DNA of 64,000 bases from Sphyrna mokarran. Lineage: Eukaryota. Both the position numbers and the translations under genes were made by a program. How positions within the stretch are numbered: position 1 is the stretch's first letter; every line of letters begins with the position of its first letter. Of the stretch, positions 62,696 through 64,000 are shown one piece after another. The notes below the pieces were generated by a model. The model saw only the letters and a program-made list of their open reading frames with translations. It did not search any database and was not told the origin of the DNA. The stretch lies in assembly GCA_024679065.1 (NCBI GenBank), contig JAGIQG010000010.1, positions 52,886,001 to 52,950,000 of the forward strand, in the 5' to 3' direction.

Positions 62696-63384
62696 TTCTA
62701 TAATAATGTCATGCATTTGTCGTAATTAAAGTGAAAGCTGGACTGCAACTTGCAATGACTACAGACACAACCCAAAGAGGAAATCAGGAAATTCTTGTCC
62801 AATTTGTCCAGTCCCTTCAGATGCTTTTCCAGCTAAGAACTCACAAAGAAACTCAGCATTGAAATTCATGTGTGAAGTTTCTACTCGGGACAAGCACCCA
62901 CTAGACATGAAAGAAGGAGATTTCGAACCAGCTAATAAGATTCATAGACAGAATGCAGTCTTTCAGAGATAGGTGATCAGTAAGGAGTTAAATGATTCTT
63001 AAAACAAGCTAACATGAACTGTTTATACATATGTAAATGCAGTTAGAGAATCAAAATAAGTAGCTATGATTTAAAAACATATACGCTGATACTTTAAATA
63101 TATTTTAAATGTTTTGTTCACTTTAGCCAAGCAAAGTTACCAAAAGGCATAGTGGTAAATGTCAATAGTTTAAAACCAGAGGTCTGTGAACCTGTTAGTC
63201 AGCAGCAGCCACATCGGGAGAATTCCTATGAGAGAACATATATTTCGCATTAATGAATAGATGCATTTACTGCCCAGACGCAAGGACAGATGTGGCTCTG
63301 GACACAAAAACACACATCTATTCAACTTGGCAGTGAGCTGGTGGGAACATCCATTTTGATCTTATGGTAGTGTCTGCTGTTACC

Positions 63385-64000
63385 AGGTTATAAGGAAATA
63401 GTTAGAGCCAAAGAACATGCCCCTCTCTACATCAATGGAAACGAAGTAGAAAGGGTCGAGATCTTCAAGTTTTTAACTATCCAGATCTCCAACAACCTGT
63501 CCTGGTTCCCAGTGTCAACACTACAGTTAAGAAAGCACATCAATGCCTCTTCTTTCTCAGAAGACTCAGCCAAGACTGTCACCAACTTTTAGAGATGCAC
63601 TATGGAAAGCATTCTTTCTGGGTATATCACAGCTTGATATGACTTTTGCTCTGCCCAAGATGCAAGGAACTACAAAAAATCATGAATGCAGCCCAATCCA
63701 TTGTGCAATCCAGCTTCCCATCCATTGATTCTGTCTACACTTCCTACTGCCTCAGCAAAGCAGGCAGCATAATTAAGGACTCCATGTACCATGGACATTC
63801 TCTCTTCCACCTTCTTCCTTCAAGAAAAAGATACAAAAGTCTAAGGTCATATGTCAACCAACTCAAGAATAGCTTTTTCCCTGCAGCTATCAGACTTTTG
63901 AATGGACTTATGTTGCATTAATTTGATCTTTCTCTACATCCTAGCTATGATTGCAACACTATATTCTGCACTCTCTCATTTCCTTCTCTATGAAGGATAT
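63385..64000 (+). mobile_element. Rex1/Babar-type LINE 3' portion
   Basis: PLYINGNEVERVEIFKFL, KKAHQCLFFLRRL and ORF 63646-63921 HSLFHLLPSRKRYKSLRS...LKNSFFPAAIRLLN. Confidence 0.85.

Overview
Eukaryotic, AT-rich, repeat-dense DNA. The repeat inventory (HE1/V-SINE-type SINEs, Deu-domain SINEs, an LF-SINE-like copy, CR1/L2/Rex1/RTE LINEs, Penelope-derived palindromes, Gmr1-type Gypsy LTR elements) points to a cartilaginous fish, probably a carcharhiniform shark; this is inferred from recalled repeat families, not from a search. I could not identify any host protein-coding exon with confidence. The window looks like a large intron or intergenic region, with several repeat-poor, homeodomain-motif-rich blocks that resemble enhancers. 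The long ORFs I could assign are decayed transposon proteins or low-complexity artefacts. Most notable: (1) a composite retroposon whose shared SINE-like 3' module carries different 5' cargo in two copies, one cargo containing an inverted U2-snRNA-like head; (2) short palindromic Penelope-derived elements with 10-13 bp TSDs, some with hammerhead-ribozyme-like cores; (3) two young CR1 copies sharing one frameshift; (4) a short Rex1-tailed element; (5) two Gmr1/SCAN-type Gypsy relics. Boundaries of old repeats are approximate and family names come from recognition by eye.
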